Shown here: piece after piece, positions 19,163 to 29,550 of the stretch
Layout: every line of letters begins with the position of its first letter
How positions within the stretch are numbered: the first letter of the stretch is position 1
DNA from: an uncultured Actinomycetes bacterium
GTDB taxonomy: Bacteria > Actinomycetota > UBA4738 > HRBIN12
DNA: 64,000 nucleotides
NCBI GenBank assembly: GCA_963704885.1
Contig: CAVPIB010000004.1
Location: 736,001-800,000 of the forward strand
Direction: 5' to 3'
Notes under the pieces: generated by a model
Told to the model about the DNA's origin: nothing
The model's database searches: none
Seen by the model: the letters and a program-made list of their open reading frames with translations, nothing else
Translations under genes and position numbers: made by a program

Positions 19163-20620
19163 ATGGAGACCCTCTCCCAGCGTGTCGTCGGTCGGATGGC
19201 CAGCGTGCTGTTCATCGGCGCCGGCCTCGTGGTTCTCGTGCTCTCGCTGTCCGGGCTGGAACCCCAGTTCAACGCGCCGGTGGTAAGGGTCGCGGGTGGG
19301 CTTGCACTCCTGGCGGGCATCGTGTGCTGGTTCCTCCCTTGGCAACGTTGGCCGCGCTCACGAACGCTCTGGCTCCTGCCTTTGGGGCTGGGTCTGGTGA
19401 CCGTCAAGTTCGCCTTCGGCAGCTTCAGCGCGTACTCGTTCGCCGCCTACTTCGTTGTGGCGTTCATGTGGATCGGCATCTCTCACCCGCGGGGGACCTC
19501 GCTCTGGTTCCTACCTCTGGGAGCCGTCGCCTACGCCGTGCCGGTCTGGATGCACGCGCGATCGTCGGCAGCGGTCGTTTCCGGGTTCGAGATCCTCGCC
19601 ATCTGCGCCTTGGTGGGCGAATCCGTGGGATGGGTGTCGCAGCAGTTGCGCCGCGCCGAGGCCCTGGAGGCCAAACGCTTGTGGGACATGCAGGGGTTGT
19701 TGCACGCCGGCGACATCCTCGCCCGCCTGACCGAGGCGTCGCGAGCCGCCGAGGTTGCATCGGACCTGTCGACACAGCTGCTGCGGGCCGCCGGCGCCAT
19801 CGTCCTCCTCCCAGATGACGGAGGCTCGCTCGTCATCGGAGGAACGGCCAGATGGCCCGACGCCCAGATCGGAGCGCGGTTGTCGGAAGCGGAGGCGCCG
19901 TCTCTGTTCGGCGCACTTCGGGGAACCGCCCCCATGGTGGCTACGCAGGATCAGCTTCCAGCCAGCCTCGCGCTCCGACCCGACGACGGAGGCACCTTGC
20001 TGTTCGTCCCCCTGCGCGGCGTGTCCACGGTTCAAGGCGTGCTCCTCGCCGACCTGGATCGGGAAGAGAAGGCCCTCGACCGCTTCGACGTGGACATGGC
20101 GATGAGCTTCGCCACCCAGGCCGGTCTCATGCTCGAGCGGCTGCACGCCGTCGAGTCTCTGGTGAGCGACACCCTCCGGGACGAGCTGACCGGACTGGGC
20201 AACCGGCGATCGTTGAATCACGCGCTCGCACGCCTGGAGTCGGGCGATGCGATCGTCCTGATGGACCTCGATCGGTTCAAAGAGCTGAACGACACGAGGG
20301 GCCACGCGGCGGGAGACGAGGCGCTACGGTGGTTCGGCGCCCATCTCGCCAAGGGCCTGCGAGAAGGTGACGCGGCGATCCGCTACGGCGGCGACGAATT
20401 CCTCCTGCTGCTCCGGGGGGTCGGAGAGCGGTCCCAGGCGATCGTCGAACGCCTCCGCGAGGGCTGGCTCCAAGGACGCCCTCCGGTCGGGTTCAGCGCC
20501 GGCATCGCGGTGCACGCAGAGGGCGAGCTACCGGCGAACACGGTGGCGCGCGCGGATCAAGCCCTCTACGAGGACAAGGAAGGCAACGCGCGGGACGACC
20601 GGATCGAATGGGTCAGCTGA
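19163..20620 (+). CDS. membrane-anchored GAF-GGDEF diguanylate cyclase
   Basis: N-terminal TM helices, GAF-like region, DELTGLGNRR, DLDRFKELNDTRGHAAGD and RYGGDEF. Confidence 0.88.
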   Translation: METLSQRVVGRMASVLFIGAGLVVLVLSLSGLEPQFNAPVVRVAGGLALLAGIVCWFLPWQRWPRSRTLWLLPLGLGLVTVKFAFGSFSAYSFAAYFVVAFMWIGISHPRGTSLWFLPLGAVAYAVPVWMHARSSAAVVSGFEILAICALVGESVGWVSQQLRRAEALEAKRLWDMQGLLHAGDILARLTEASRAAEVASDLSTQLLRAAGAIVLLPDDGGSLVIGGTARWPDAQIGARLSEAEAPSLFGALRGTAPMVATQDQLPASLALRPDDGGTLLFVPLRGVSTVQGVLLADLDREEKALDRFDVDMAMSFATQAGLMLERLHAVESLVSDTLRDELTGLGNRRSLNHALARLESGDAIVLMDLDRFKELNDTRGHAAGDEALRWFGAHLAKGLREGDAAIRYGGDEFLLLLRGVGERSQAIVERLREGWLQGRPPVGFSAGIAVHAEGELPANTVARADQALYEDKEGNARDDRIEWVS

Positions 20621-21335
20621 GGTCCAGGACGCGGAACTGCTCGGCGCGCTCGACACCTATCTTCTTGCCTGCGCTCACGGCCTCCTCGGTCAGGAACTCC
20701 TCGAAGAACCGGATCCCTTCGACGAGCTGACTCGCATGCTCCGCGAGCCCCGCTACCTTGCGTTCGAACCAGTCGCTCACGTCCTCGGTGTGGTTCGCCT
20801 CGTTCGTCCACCCGAGCCAGATGTCGTGGATCTCGCGCACGTCGAGCCCTTCGCCTAGGTGCTCGGGGAAGAAGTGCGGATTGCCCGCCCCCGGGAACGC
20901 GGCGTCGAGCGCGATCTCGCCGGCGCGACGGTGATCCGTGTGGTTGTAGTAGCGGTTCTCGAAGAACCACGCGGTCGGGTCCACCGAGACCACGGTCTCG
21001 GCACGTACCTCGCGGATCCTGCGGATCACGGCCTCGCGAACCACCTGGGTGTTCTCGAGCTCTCCGTCGGGGATACCCATGATCTGGGCGCTCGCGAGGC
21101 CCAGGACCTCTGCCGCCGCCTGCGTCTCCCCCAAGCGGGTCATGGCGAGCTCACCACGGTCGCGGAGCGGATCGCTCGAGCCGCGATCGCCGTTCGTGAG
21201 GACGAGCAGATGCACCTCGCGACCCGCCGCGCACCACTTGGCGAGAGTGCCTCCCGCCGCGATCTCTGCGTCGTCGGGATGAGCGAATACCCCGAGCACC
21301 GGGCCCGTCCGAGGTGTTGGCGTGTCGTCGGGCAC
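20613..21335 (-). CDS. PIG-L/LmbE family deacetylase
   Basis: FAHPDDAE, TNGDRG, HTDH and HASQ motifs. Confidence 0.9.
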   Translation of the reverse strand: MPDDTPTPRTGPVLGVFAHPDDAEIAAGGTLAKWCAAGREVHLLVLTNGDRGSSDPLRDRGELAMTRLGETQAAAEVLGLASAQIMGIPDGELENTQVVREAVIRRIREVRAETVVSVDPTAWFFENRYYNHTDHRRAGEIALDAAFPGAGNPHFFPEHLGEGLDVREIHDIWLGWTNEANHTEDVSDWFERKVAGLAEHASQLVEGIRFFEEFLTEEAVSAGKKIGVERAEQFRVLDLS

Positions 21336-21343
21336 CGATACTC

Positions 21344-22816
21344 CTACGCGCTCTGATCCAAGATGTAGCGGACGAGTGTCCGAACCGGCACGCCCGTACC
21401 CCCTTTGGGGCCCAGGTCGTTCCCCTTGTCGCTGAACGCGGGGCCCGCGATATCAAGGTGGATCCAGGGCGTGTCACCCACGAACTCCGCCAGGAACCAG
21501 GCGGCCGTGATAGCGCCACCGTATCGTTCGCCGATGTTCTTCACGTCGGCGATGTTGGAGTCGATCAGGCGCCGGTAGTCCGCGAAGAGAGGGAGCTGCC
21601 ACATGGTCTCGCCGACCGCCTCGCCCGCGGCGGCGATGTCGCGGAACAGGGCGTCGTCGTTGCCCATGGCGCCGGTCACCAGGTCGCCGAGAGCGACCAT
21701 GCACGCGCCCGTGAGCGTGGCCGTGTCGATGATCACCTTCGGCTTCTTCTCGGCCAGGTAGGCCAGCGAGTCTGCCAGGACCAGCCGGCCCTCGGCGTCG
21801 GTGTTCAACACCTCGGAGGTCTTGCCGCCGCGATGCCGGAGCACGTCTCCCGGTTTGGTGGCGGACCCGCTCGGCATGTTCTCCGACGACGGGATCGCGG
21901 CGATCACGTTCACCTTGGGTTTCAGCTGCGCGATCGCCTTCATGGTGGCCATGATCGACGCGGCTCCGCCCATGTCGTCCTTCATGGTCTCCATGCCCTT
22001 GGCGTCCTTGATGGACAGACCACCCGAGTCGAACGCGATCCCCTTGCCCGTGAGGGCGATCGGAGTCTGTGTGCCCGCACCCGTATACGACAGCTCGATC
22101 AGCCGCGGGGGGTTCACGCTGCCCGCGCCGACTCCTAGGATCCCGCCGAACCCGCCCTTCTCAAGTTCCGGCTTGCCCCAGACCTTGCAGCGAAGACCCA
22201 CCTGGCGTGCCATCTTCTGCGCCTCACGGGCGATCTGCGCCGGCGGCATATCCCCCGCCGGCGTGTTCACCAGGTCACGCGCCCAGCAGACCGCTTCGGC
22301 CACTATCCGACCGCGGCGTATCCCCTCGCGCGCCGACGTCGCGTTCGCCCGAGCGGATCCCACGACGATCACGCGTGACAGGCTGGGCGCGGCCTTCACG
22401 GTCTTGTAGCGATCGAATCGATAGCCGCCGAGCACGACGCCTTCCACCGCGGCTTGCGCCGCGGCAGCGAGGTCGCGAGCGCCCGCCGCCTGCGGGAAGG
22501 TGGTGGCTGCCGTGCCGAATCGACTGAGGGAGCCCGACACCCGGCCGAGAGCGCGACGCATGCTCGTTGGCGTGAAAGCTCCCTTGTCGCCCACGCCGAC
22601 CAGCAGGACGGCGTTCGCCACGAACCGGTCGCCGTCTCGCCGGATCACCAACAGGTTCTCGTTCGGCTTGCCGGTGAGCTTCGCGTCGCGGTAGGCACGC
22701 TCCAGACCCACCTCCTTGACCCCCGGCCCGGGCACGGGACCCTGGAAGACGGGCAGGACCAAGACACCGGCGCGGACCTTCGCCGGCGCGTCGGACGAGT
22801 ACGTGAACGTGGTCAA
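21344..22816 (-). CDS. pepA: leucyl aminopeptidase (M17)
   Basis: GKGIAFDSGG, MKDDMGGAA, NTDAEGRLVLAD and HLDIAG motifs. TTG start with AAGGAG SD. Confidence 0.96.
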   Translation of the reverse strand: MTTFTYSSDAPAKVRAGVLVLPVFQGPVPGPGVKEVGLERAYRDAKLTGKPNENLLVIRRDGDRFVANAVLLVGVGDKGAFTPTSMRRALGRVSGSLSRFGTAATTFPQAAGARDLAAAAQAAVEGVVLGGYRFDRYKTVKAAPSLSRVIVVGSARANATSAREGIRRGRIVAEAVCWARDLVNTPAGDMPPAQIAREAQKMARQVGLRCKVWGKPELEKGGFGGILGVGAGSVNPPRLIELSYTGAGTQTPIALTGKGIAFDSGGLSIKDAKGMETMKDDMGGAASIMATMKAIAQLKPKVNVIAAIPSSENMPSGSATKPGDVLRHRGGKTSEVLNTDAEGRLVLADSLAYLAEKKPKVIIDTATLTGACMVALGDLVTGAMGNDDALFRDIAAAGEAVGETMWQLPLFADYRRLIDSNIADVKNIGERYGGAITAAWFLAEFVGDTPWIHLDIAGPAFSDKGNDLGPKGGTGVPVRTLVRYILDQSA

Positions 22817-22924
22817 CTTGGACTCCTTCTGACGAACGACGGGCGGCGGTCAGTCTAGCCGTGGCCGGACGGATACTGCCGGCCGCCCGTCCTCCGGACC
22901 CGTCCGGCCGCTACGCTTCGGACC

Positions 22925-23260
22925 GTGAAGCCACGAGACATCCGCGACCTTGTGCGTTTCTCAGAGGGCGAACCCCACCATGAGACCCTGTTCGAATCCC
23001 GACACCTATGGTCTGAGGTGATCTGCCTCGAAGGGACCCAGGGGCTCGGTCCCATGAGCGACCCCGCGTCCGACGCGATCCTGGCGGTGATCTCCGGAGA
23101 GGTAGCGGCCCAGGTCGGGAAGGGCCGGTCCCGGATGAAGCAGTGGGATTCGGTGCTGGTGGAGGCGGGGGTCGAGCTGACTGTACGCAACGCGTCACCC
23201 GATCCTGCCGTCCTGCTGCTGGTCGCCGCCCCGCCCCCCGCCCCGTCGCTCCAGCCCTGA
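22925..23260 (+). CDS. cupin-fold protein
   Basis: Cupin strand pattern (VISGEV...VLVEAG...VRNAS), without the usual metal-binding His residues. TACGCT -10 box 7 nt upstream. Confidence 0.65.
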   Translation: MKPRDIRDLVRFSEGEPHHETLFESRHLWSEVICLEGTQGLGPMSDPASDAILAVISGEVAAQVGKGRSRMKQWDSVLVEAGVELTVRNASPDPAVLLLVAAPPPAPSLQP

Positions 23261-23264
23261 CGGG

Positions 23265-23738
23265 TTACCTGTCGAGCCGCGTCCGCGGCGCTCTCACGGG
23301 TCCGATGGCGATGATGTGCCGCCGGAGCGAGGACTGCGCTCGTCCCATCAGCACCCACATCAAAGGGCGGTAGCACCAGGCCGCCAGCTCTCCCAGGAGA
23401 GGGACCCGCAGCCGGACGTCCTCCGACCACGTGAAACGCGTTCCACCCTCCACCCTTTCCAGCCGCCAGACACCGAGTCCTACCACCACGCTGCCGTGAC
23501 GGATCTCCAGCCGCTGAGGGGGGTCCCACCGTGTGACCTCCATCGGCTCGTCGAACGCGCCGATCCCCATGATCCGGGTCCTGATGGACAACCGGACCCC
23601 CACGCCTTCTCGCCGCGAGGAGATGACCTCCACCCGATCGGCGTCCAGCATCCAGTCGGCCTGGCGCTCCCAATCCATCAGCACCGCCCACGCCTCCTCG
23701 GCCGTCGTAGGCAAGACGATCTCTCGTTCGACCCGCAT
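23265..23738 (-). CDS. SRPBCC family protein
   Basis: AWAVLMDWERQADW, VTRWDPP and GTRFTWSE motifs. TAGACT -10 box 7 nt upstream. Confidence 0.82.
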   Translation of the reverse strand: MRVEREIVLPTTAEEAWAVLMDWERQADWMLDADRVEVISSRREGVGVRLSIRTRIMGIGAFDEPMEVTRWDPPQRLEIRHGSVVVGLGVWRLERVEGGTRFTWSEDVRLRVPLLGELAAWCYRPLMWVLMGRAQSSLRRHIIAIGPVRAPRTRLDR

Positions 23739-23789
23739 ACCTCGGAGTCTATGGACGTAGGCGATGCCGACCCAGGCTAGGCTTCGCGC

Positions 23790-25025
23790 ATGATGGGTAC
23801 CCGGGGGGCGGCGGTCGCCGCCGCGCTGGCGACGGCCTCGGGTCCGCTCCCGGCTAGAGGCGCGGCGGCGACCGCGAGCGTGCTGACCGAACCGGCCGGG
23901 GTGGCATGGGAGGACGGGATCTTGACCTACGTCGGTCCGGCAGGCGGCCTGCCCTGGCCCGCCGCGGTCGGCTCCGCCGACCGCGGCCTCCTGATCCCCG
24001 GGTTCGTCGACTGCCACGTGCACCTCCCGTTCTACGGATGGCGCGCGGACGAGTTCGATGCGCGACTGGCAGGAGCGAGCTACCGCGACCTCCACGGCGA
24101 GGAGGGCGGGATCTTCCGGAGCGCACGGATGCTCGCGGCGGCCTCGGACGACGAGGTTCTCGCGTTCTGCCTGCCGCTCGCGCGGGAGATGGCCTCGCAC
24201 GGCACCACGGCGATGGAGCTCAAGACCGGGTACGGCCTGTCGGTCGAGGCCGAGCTGCGTCAGGCGCGGTTGGCGCGCGCGCTCGCCGACACGGCCCCGC
24301 AGACCTGCACCGTGACCCTGTTGGCGTGTCACGCGGTGCCGCACGGCATGGCGCGCGAGGACTGGGTGCGGGTCGCGTGCGACGAGCTGATCCCGGAGGC
24401 CGCCGCGGCGGGCCTGGCCGACCAGGTGGACATCTATGTCGAGGACATCGCGTTCTCGCTGGACGATCTATCCGACGTGGCGGAGGCTGCCTCGCGAGCC
24501 GGGCTCCCGCTGCGCGTCCACGCCGATCAGCTAGGTCCGAGCGGCGCCGCGGAGGCCGCGGTCGCGCTCGGCGCGCGGAGCGCCGATCACCTGAACCACT
24601 TGAGCGGCGATGGCGTCGCCGCGTTGCGCGCGGCGGCCGGCACGGTCGCCGTCCTTCTGCCTGCATCGTCGTTCCTGCTGCGTGCCTCCCGGCCTCCGGT
24701 CGCCGAACTGAGGAACCCGGGCGCTGCGCTCGCGATCGCGACCGACTTCAACCCGGGAACGTCCGCCGTGTCGTCCATGCCCGAGACGATCGCGTTCGCG
24801 TGCACGAGCTACGGACTGAGGCCGCTCGAGACCCTGACCGCGGCGACCGCTAACCCGGCGTTCGTCCTGGGCCTGGACGATCGGCTCGGAACGTTAGAGG
24901 TGGGCAAGCGTGCCGATGTCCTACTGCTGGAGGAGGCGACGTTCGCGCAGCTCCCCTACCGGCCGGGACACAACCCTGTCGTCGCCACGATCATCGGCGG
25001 CGAGCTCGCCCCCACTGGTCCGTGA
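23790..25025 (+). CDS. hutI: imidazolonepropionase
   Basis: PGFVDCHVH, ELKTGYGL, HADQL, SADHL and ATDFNPG motifs. Next to hutH and hutU. Confidence 0.93.
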   Translation: MMGTRGAAVAAALATASGPLPARGAAATASVLTEPAGVAWEDGILTYVGPAGGLPWPAAVGSADRGLLIPGFVDCHVHLPFYGWRADEFDARLAGASYRDLHGEEGGIFRSARMLAAASDDEVLAFCLPLAREMASHGTTAMELKTGYGLSVEAELRQARLARALADTAPQTCTVTLLACHAVPHGMAREDWVRVACDELIPEAAAAGLADQVDIYVEDIAFSLDDLSDVAEAASRAGLPLRVHADQLGPSGAAEAAVALGARSADHLNHLSGDGVAALRAAAGTVAVLLPASSFLLRASRPPVAELRNPGAALAIATDFNPGTSAVSSMPETIAFACTSYGLRPLETLTAATANPAFVLGLDDRLGTLEVGKRADVLLLEEATFAQLPYRPGHNPVVATIIGGELAPTGP

Positions 25026-25029
25026 TGGA

Positions 25030-26556
25030 CTAGTCGAGAGCGCCGACCACGCCGGCTGCTGCGGCGACCAGCTCTCCCTCGCGCACCAGCCAGGCGCAAG
25101 CCTCGATGTCCCGTCCCAGCTCGCGATCGGCGTCCAGGAACGGCACGGCCTGTCGGATGGCGGCTCGTGCCGAGTCCGTGGCCGCCGCCGGCTCGAGAGG
25201 CGCTCGCAGGTCGAGCGCCTGCGCCGCGGCCAGAGCCTCCATGGCAACCACGAGCTCCGCGTTCGCCACTATGTCGCGGGCGTGGCGCGCCGCGATCATG
25301 CCCATGCTCACGTGATCCTCCTGGCCCGCCGACGACGTGATCGAGTCGACCGAGGCCGGGTGTGCGAGCGACTTGCATTCCGACACCAACGAGGCGGCGG
25401 TGTACTGCACGAGCATCAGGCCGGAATTCAGCCCGCTCCCCTGCACGAGGAACGGGGGAAGACCGTTGCTGAGCTTGGCGTCCAGCAACCGGTAGAGCCG
25501 ACGCTCGCTGATGCTCGCCAATCCCACCGTGGCGAGCGCCAGAGCGTCGAGCGCCACCGCCACGGGTTGGCCGTGGAAATTCCCGCCGGAACGGACCTCG
25601 TCGTCGTCCGGCAAGACGATCGGGTTGTCCGAAACGGCGCCAGCTTCGATCTGCAGGACACCTTGCGCATATGCGAGCGCGTCGCGCGTGGCCCCGTGCA
25701 CCTGGGGCGCGCAGCGCAACGAGTACGCGTCCTGCACCAGGTGGGGGCTCTCGCGGTGCGACGCCAGGATCGTCGACCCGGCCAGCAGCCGCCGGAGGTT
25801 GGCGGCCGATGCCATCTGACCCGCATGCGGGCGCAGCCGCTGGAGCCGTTCGTCGAACGGCGCGTCTGTTCCGAGACACGCCTCCACCGACATCGCAGCT
25901 ACGACATCCGCGGCGCGGGCCAGGTTGGCAACGCGTGCCGCTGCCAAGATCCCTACGGCAACCATGCCCTGGGTGCCGTTGACGAGCGCAAGACCCTCCT
26001 TCGCCCGGAGGTCCAGCGGCTCTAGGCCGGCGTCGGCAAGGACGGCCGCTGCCGGCTCGGTCCCGCCTTCCGCAGCGAGCAGCTCACCGTGACCGATCAG
26101 CGGCAGAGCGAGGTTGGCGAGCGGCGCCAGGTCTCCAGAGGCTCCCAGCGAGCCTTGCTCGGGAACCGCCGGGATCAGGTCCCGGTTCAGCATCTCGACC
26201 ATCCGGTCCACGATCAACGGCCGGACGCCAGAGTGACCGAGCGCCAGCACGTGCGCGCGGAGCAGCAGCATCGCGCGGGCCTCCTCGCGCGAGAGCGGTC
26301 TGCCGACGGCCGTCGCGTGCGAACGCACGATCCCCAGTTGCAGTGCGGCTGCCTGCGACGGCTCGATGCGCACATCGGCGAGCGATCCGAAGCCGGTGGT
26401 CACGCCGTACACGGTCTCCCCCGAGGCGACCACGCGCTCGATCACGTCGTTGGCCGCCACCACTCGCTCGCGAGCCAAGTCTGGGAACTCCACCGCGGCG
26501 CCGCGCGCCACCGCCACGACATCCGCCAGCGTGAGCTCGCCCCCGAGCGCGACCAT
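25030..26556 (-). CDS. hutH: histidine ammonia-lyase
   Basis: VYGVTTGFG, GASGDLAPL (ASG MIO motif), QDAYSLRC and GGNFHG. Confidence 0.96.
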   Translation of the reverse strand: MVALGGELTLADVVAVARGAAVEFPDLARERVVAANDVIERVVASGETVYGVTTGFGSLADVRIEPSQAAALQLGIVRSHATAVGRPLSREEARAMLLLRAHVLALGHSGVRPLIVDRMVEMLNRDLIPAVPEQGSLGASGDLAPLANLALPLIGHGELLAAEGGTEPAAAVLADAGLEPLDLRAKEGLALVNGTQGMVAVGILAAARVANLARAADVVAAMSVEACLGTDAPFDERLQRLRPHAGQMASAANLRRLLAGSTILASHRESPHLVQDAYSLRCAPQVHGATRDALAYAQGVLQIEAGAVSDNPIVLPDDDEVRSGGNFHGQPVAVALDALALATVGLASISERRLYRLLDAKLSNGLPPFLVQGSGLNSGLMLVQYTAASLVSECKSLAHPASVDSITSSAGQEDHVSMGMIAARHARDIVANAELVVAMEALAAAQALDLRAPLEPAAATDSARAAIRQAVPFLDADRELGRDIEACAWLVREGELVAAAAGVVGALD

Positions 26557-26561
26557 CCCTA

Positions 26562-28223
26562 TCAAGCCTCGCGCATCGGGATGCGGACGCCTCGCTCCGC
26601 CGCCACTTCGAGGGCGCGGTCGTAGCCGGCGTCTGCATGACGGATCACGCCCATCCCCGGGTCGGACGCCAGCACGCGTTCGAGCCGTTCGCGAGCGTTC
26701 TGGGTGCCGTCGGCGACCACGACCATCCCCGCGTGGATCGAGTAGCCGATCCCCACCCCACCTCCGTGGTGAACGCTCACCCAGTGAGCGCCGGCCGCCG
26801 TGTTGATCAGCGCGTTCAGGATCGGCCAGTCGGCGATGGCATCGGAGCCGTCCTTCATGTCCTCCGTCTCGCGGAACGGCGACGCTACGCTGCCACTATC
26901 CAGGTGATCGCGTCCTATCACGATCGGCGCGGCGAGCTCGCCGCTCGCAACCATCTCGTTGAACCGCAGCCCGGCCTTCGCGCGCTCCCCATAACCCAGC
27001 CAACAGATCCGTGCCGGCAGGCCCTGGAACACCACCCGCTCAGACGCCATCCGTAACCAGCGATGCGATCGCTCGTCGTCGGGGAACAGCTCCACGACCG
27101 CGCGGTCCGTCTTCGCGATGTCCTCCGGATCGCCCGAGAGCGCCGCCCACCGGAACGGCCCCTTCCCTTCGCAGAAGAGCGGCCGGACGAAAGCCGGGAC
27201 GAACCCGGGGTAGGAATACGCGCGATCGTGAGCCAGCCCGCCTATCTCGGCGCCCGCCCGCAGGTTGTTCCCGTAGTCGAACACGACCGCGCCGCCGTCC
27301 AGGAACCCGACCATCGCGCTCACGTGCTCGGCCATCGAGGCGTAGGAGCGGCGCTGGTAGTCATCGGGGTCGGATGTCCTCATCGCGGCGGCGTCGGCGA
27401 GGGAGAGCCCGGCAGGCACATAACCGCCCAAGGGGTCGTGCGCGCTCGTCTGGTCCGTCACGATGTCGGGCTTCCAGCCGCGTCGGAGCAGTTCCGGCTC
27501 CACCTCGGCGCAGTTGCCCACCAGTCCGATCGAGACGGCCTCACCGCCTGATCTGGCCTCGTCGACCCATCCGAGCGCGATGTCCAGATCGTCCGTCTCG
27601 CGGTCCAGGTACCGGGTCTTCACACGGCGTTCGATCCGCGTGGGGTCGACGTCGATGCAAAGAGCCACGCCCTCGTTCATGGTGACCGCCAGCGGTTGCG
27701 CGCCGCCCATCCCACCGAGCCCGCCGGTGAGCGTCACGGTGCCACGAAGCGTTCCCCCGAACCGCTGATGCGCGCACTCGGCCAGCGTCTCGAAGGTCCC
27801 CTGCAGGATGCCCTGGGTCCCGATGTAGATCCAAGAACCGGCGGTCATCTGTCCGTACATGGTGAGCCCGGCCGCCTCGAGCTCGCGGAACGTGTCCCAG
27901 TCCGCCCACTTGGGCACGAGCATGGAGTTGGAGATCAGCACCCGGGGCGCCATCGCGTGGGTCCGGAAGACGCCCACGGGCTTGCCCGACTGCACCAGCA
28001 GGGTCTCGTCGTCACCGAGCGTCTGGAGAGTTCGAACGATGGAATCGAACGCCTCCCAGGAACGCGCGGCCCGACCCGTGCCCCCGTACACGACCAGATC
28101 CTCGGGTCGTTCAGCAACGTCGGGGTCGAGGTTGTTCATGAGCATCCGCATCGCGGCTTCCTGTGGCCACGAACGACACGACAACGTCGTGCCTCGCGGA
28201 GCCCTGACCTCGCGTGCGCTCAT
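26562..28223 (-). CDS. hutU: urocanate hydratase
   Basis: [36 protein letters not shown] and HHGGGVGIG motifs. Confidence 0.97.
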   Translation of the reverse strand: MSAREVRAPRGTTLSCRSWPQEAAMRMLMNNLDPDVAERPEDLVVYGGTGRAARSWEAFDSIVRTLQTLGDDETLLVQSGKPVGVFRTHAMAPRVLISNSMLVPKWADWDTFRELEAAGLTMYGQMTAGSWIYIGTQGILQGTFETLAECAHQRFGGTLRGTVTLTGGLGGMGGAQPLAVTMNEGVALCIDVDPTRIERRVKTRYLDRETDDLDIALGWVDEARSGGEAVSIGLVGNCAEVEPELLRRGWKPDIVTDQTSAHDPLGGYVPAGLSLADAAAMRTSDPDDYQRRSYASMAEHVSAMVGFLDGGAVVFDYGNNLRAGAEIGGLAHDRAYSYPGFVPAFVRPLFCEGKGPFRWAALSGDPEDIAKTDRAVVELFPDDERSHRWLRMASERVVFQGLPARICWLGYGERAKAGLRFNEMVASGELAAPIVIGRDHLDSGSVASPFRETEDMKDGSDAIADWPILNALINTAAGAHWVSVHHGGGVGIGYSIHAGMVVVADGTQNARERLERVLASDPGMGVIRHADAGYDRALEVAAERGVRIPMREA

Positions 28224-28353
28224 GGTTCGAGCCCTCCTTGGAACGATGCTCGACCTGCGCGATGATACGCCGGTTGGGGGATGCGCCCGGGTGGAACCTC
28301 CTGGCTCATCGGGGTGATTGAACGCCCCGGTCCCTGCGGGTACGGTCCTGGCC

Positions 28354-29547
28354 GTGGTTTCCGTCGGAACTTCCCCCGGCGGTCCGGAGCTTGCTGGACA
28401 GCCGATCCGGATCCTGATCGCCGATGATGAGCCCGCCCTGCGCGGAGCCATCGCCGACCTGCTCTCGCACGAGGACGGCGTGGTGCTCGTGGGCGAGGCC
28501 GGCGATGCCGATCAGGCGATCGCGATGGCGGTGTCGCGGCGGCCAGATGTCGCGCTCGTGGACGTCAGCATGCCGGCCGGAGGCGGTCCGCGCGCCGCTC
28601 GCGAGATCATCCGCCTGTCCCCCGAGACCCGTGTTATCGCGCTCTCCGCGTTCGAAGACCGACCTACCGTGCTCGAGATGCTCAGGGCCGGCGCCGTGGG
28701 CTACCTGGTCAAAGGAACCGCGAGCGAAGACCTGATCGGATCGATCTCCAAGGTCTTCGACGGAGGCGCCAGCCTGTCCGCCGAGCTGCTCGACGGCATC
28801 GTGCACGAGCTCTCCTCGCAGCTCCGGCGCGAAGAGATCGAACTGGAAGAGCGACACGCCCTCCGTGGCGAGATCGACCGGTTCCTGACGGGCGAGGGCC
28901 TGACCATGGTCTTCCAACCGATCATGGAGCTCCGCAGCCGCCAGATCGTCGGGTGGGAGGCGCTCGCCCGCTTCCACTCTCTGCCGCTGCGGCCGCCGAA
29001 CGAGTGGTTCGCCGAGGCGGTCGAGCTGGAGTTGGGTGTGCAGCTGGAGCTGATGGCCATCCGGAGCGCCATGCGGTCGCTCCCCAGCGTGCCTGCCGGC
29101 GCCTACCTATCCGTCAACTGCTCCCCGCGCGCGGCGATGTCTCCGGAACTCGGCAAGACGCTCGGCGAGCACGCTCCACGGATGGTAGTGGAGATCACCG
29201 AGCACGAAGCGATCGAGGACTACGCGGCGCTGGCGACGACGCTCGAGGGACTGCGGACGCTCGGCCTGCGCATCGCGATCGACGACGCCGGCGCGGGGTT
29301 CGCCAGCCTGCGCCACACCCTACTGCTGCGACCCGACATGCTGAAGGTCGACATCAGCCTCACCAGGGACATCGACAACGATCGCGCCAAGCGCGCGCTG
29401 ACCTCCGCGCTCATCTCGTTCGCCGACGAGATGGGGATGTCGATCATCGCGGAGGGGATAGAGACCCAGGCCGAGCTGGAGACGCTCCAGTCCCTGGGTG
29501 TTCCGTTCGGGCAGGGGTACTTCCTGGCCGAGCCCGCCCCGCGCTAG
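28354..29547 (+). CDS. REC-EAL response-regulator c-di-GMP phosphodiesterase
   Basis: REC domain (IADDE, DVSMP, YLVK) plus EAL domain (WEALARF, EITE, IDDAGAG, AEGIE, QGY). GTG 7 nt after TACGGT chosen as the start. Confidence 0.88.
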   Translation: MVSVGTSPGGPELAGQPIRILIADDEPALRGAIADLLSHEDGVVLVGEAGDADQAIAMAVSRRPDVALVDVSMPAGGGPRAAREIIRLSPETRVIALSAFEDRPTVLEMLRAGAVGYLVKGTASEDLIGSISKVFDGGASLSAELLDGIVHELSSQLRREEIELEERHALRGEIDRFLTGEGLTMVFQPIMELRSRQIVGWEALARFHSLPLRPPNEWFAEAVELELGVQLELMAIRSAMRSLPSVPAGAYLSVNCSPRAAMSPELGKTLGEHAPRMVVEITEHEAIEDYAALATTLEGLRTLGLRIAIDDAGAGFASLRHTLLLRPDMLKVDISLTRDIDNDRAKRALTSALISFADEMGMSIIAEGIETQAELETLQSLGVPFGQGYFLAEPAPR

Positions 29548-29550
29548 CGC

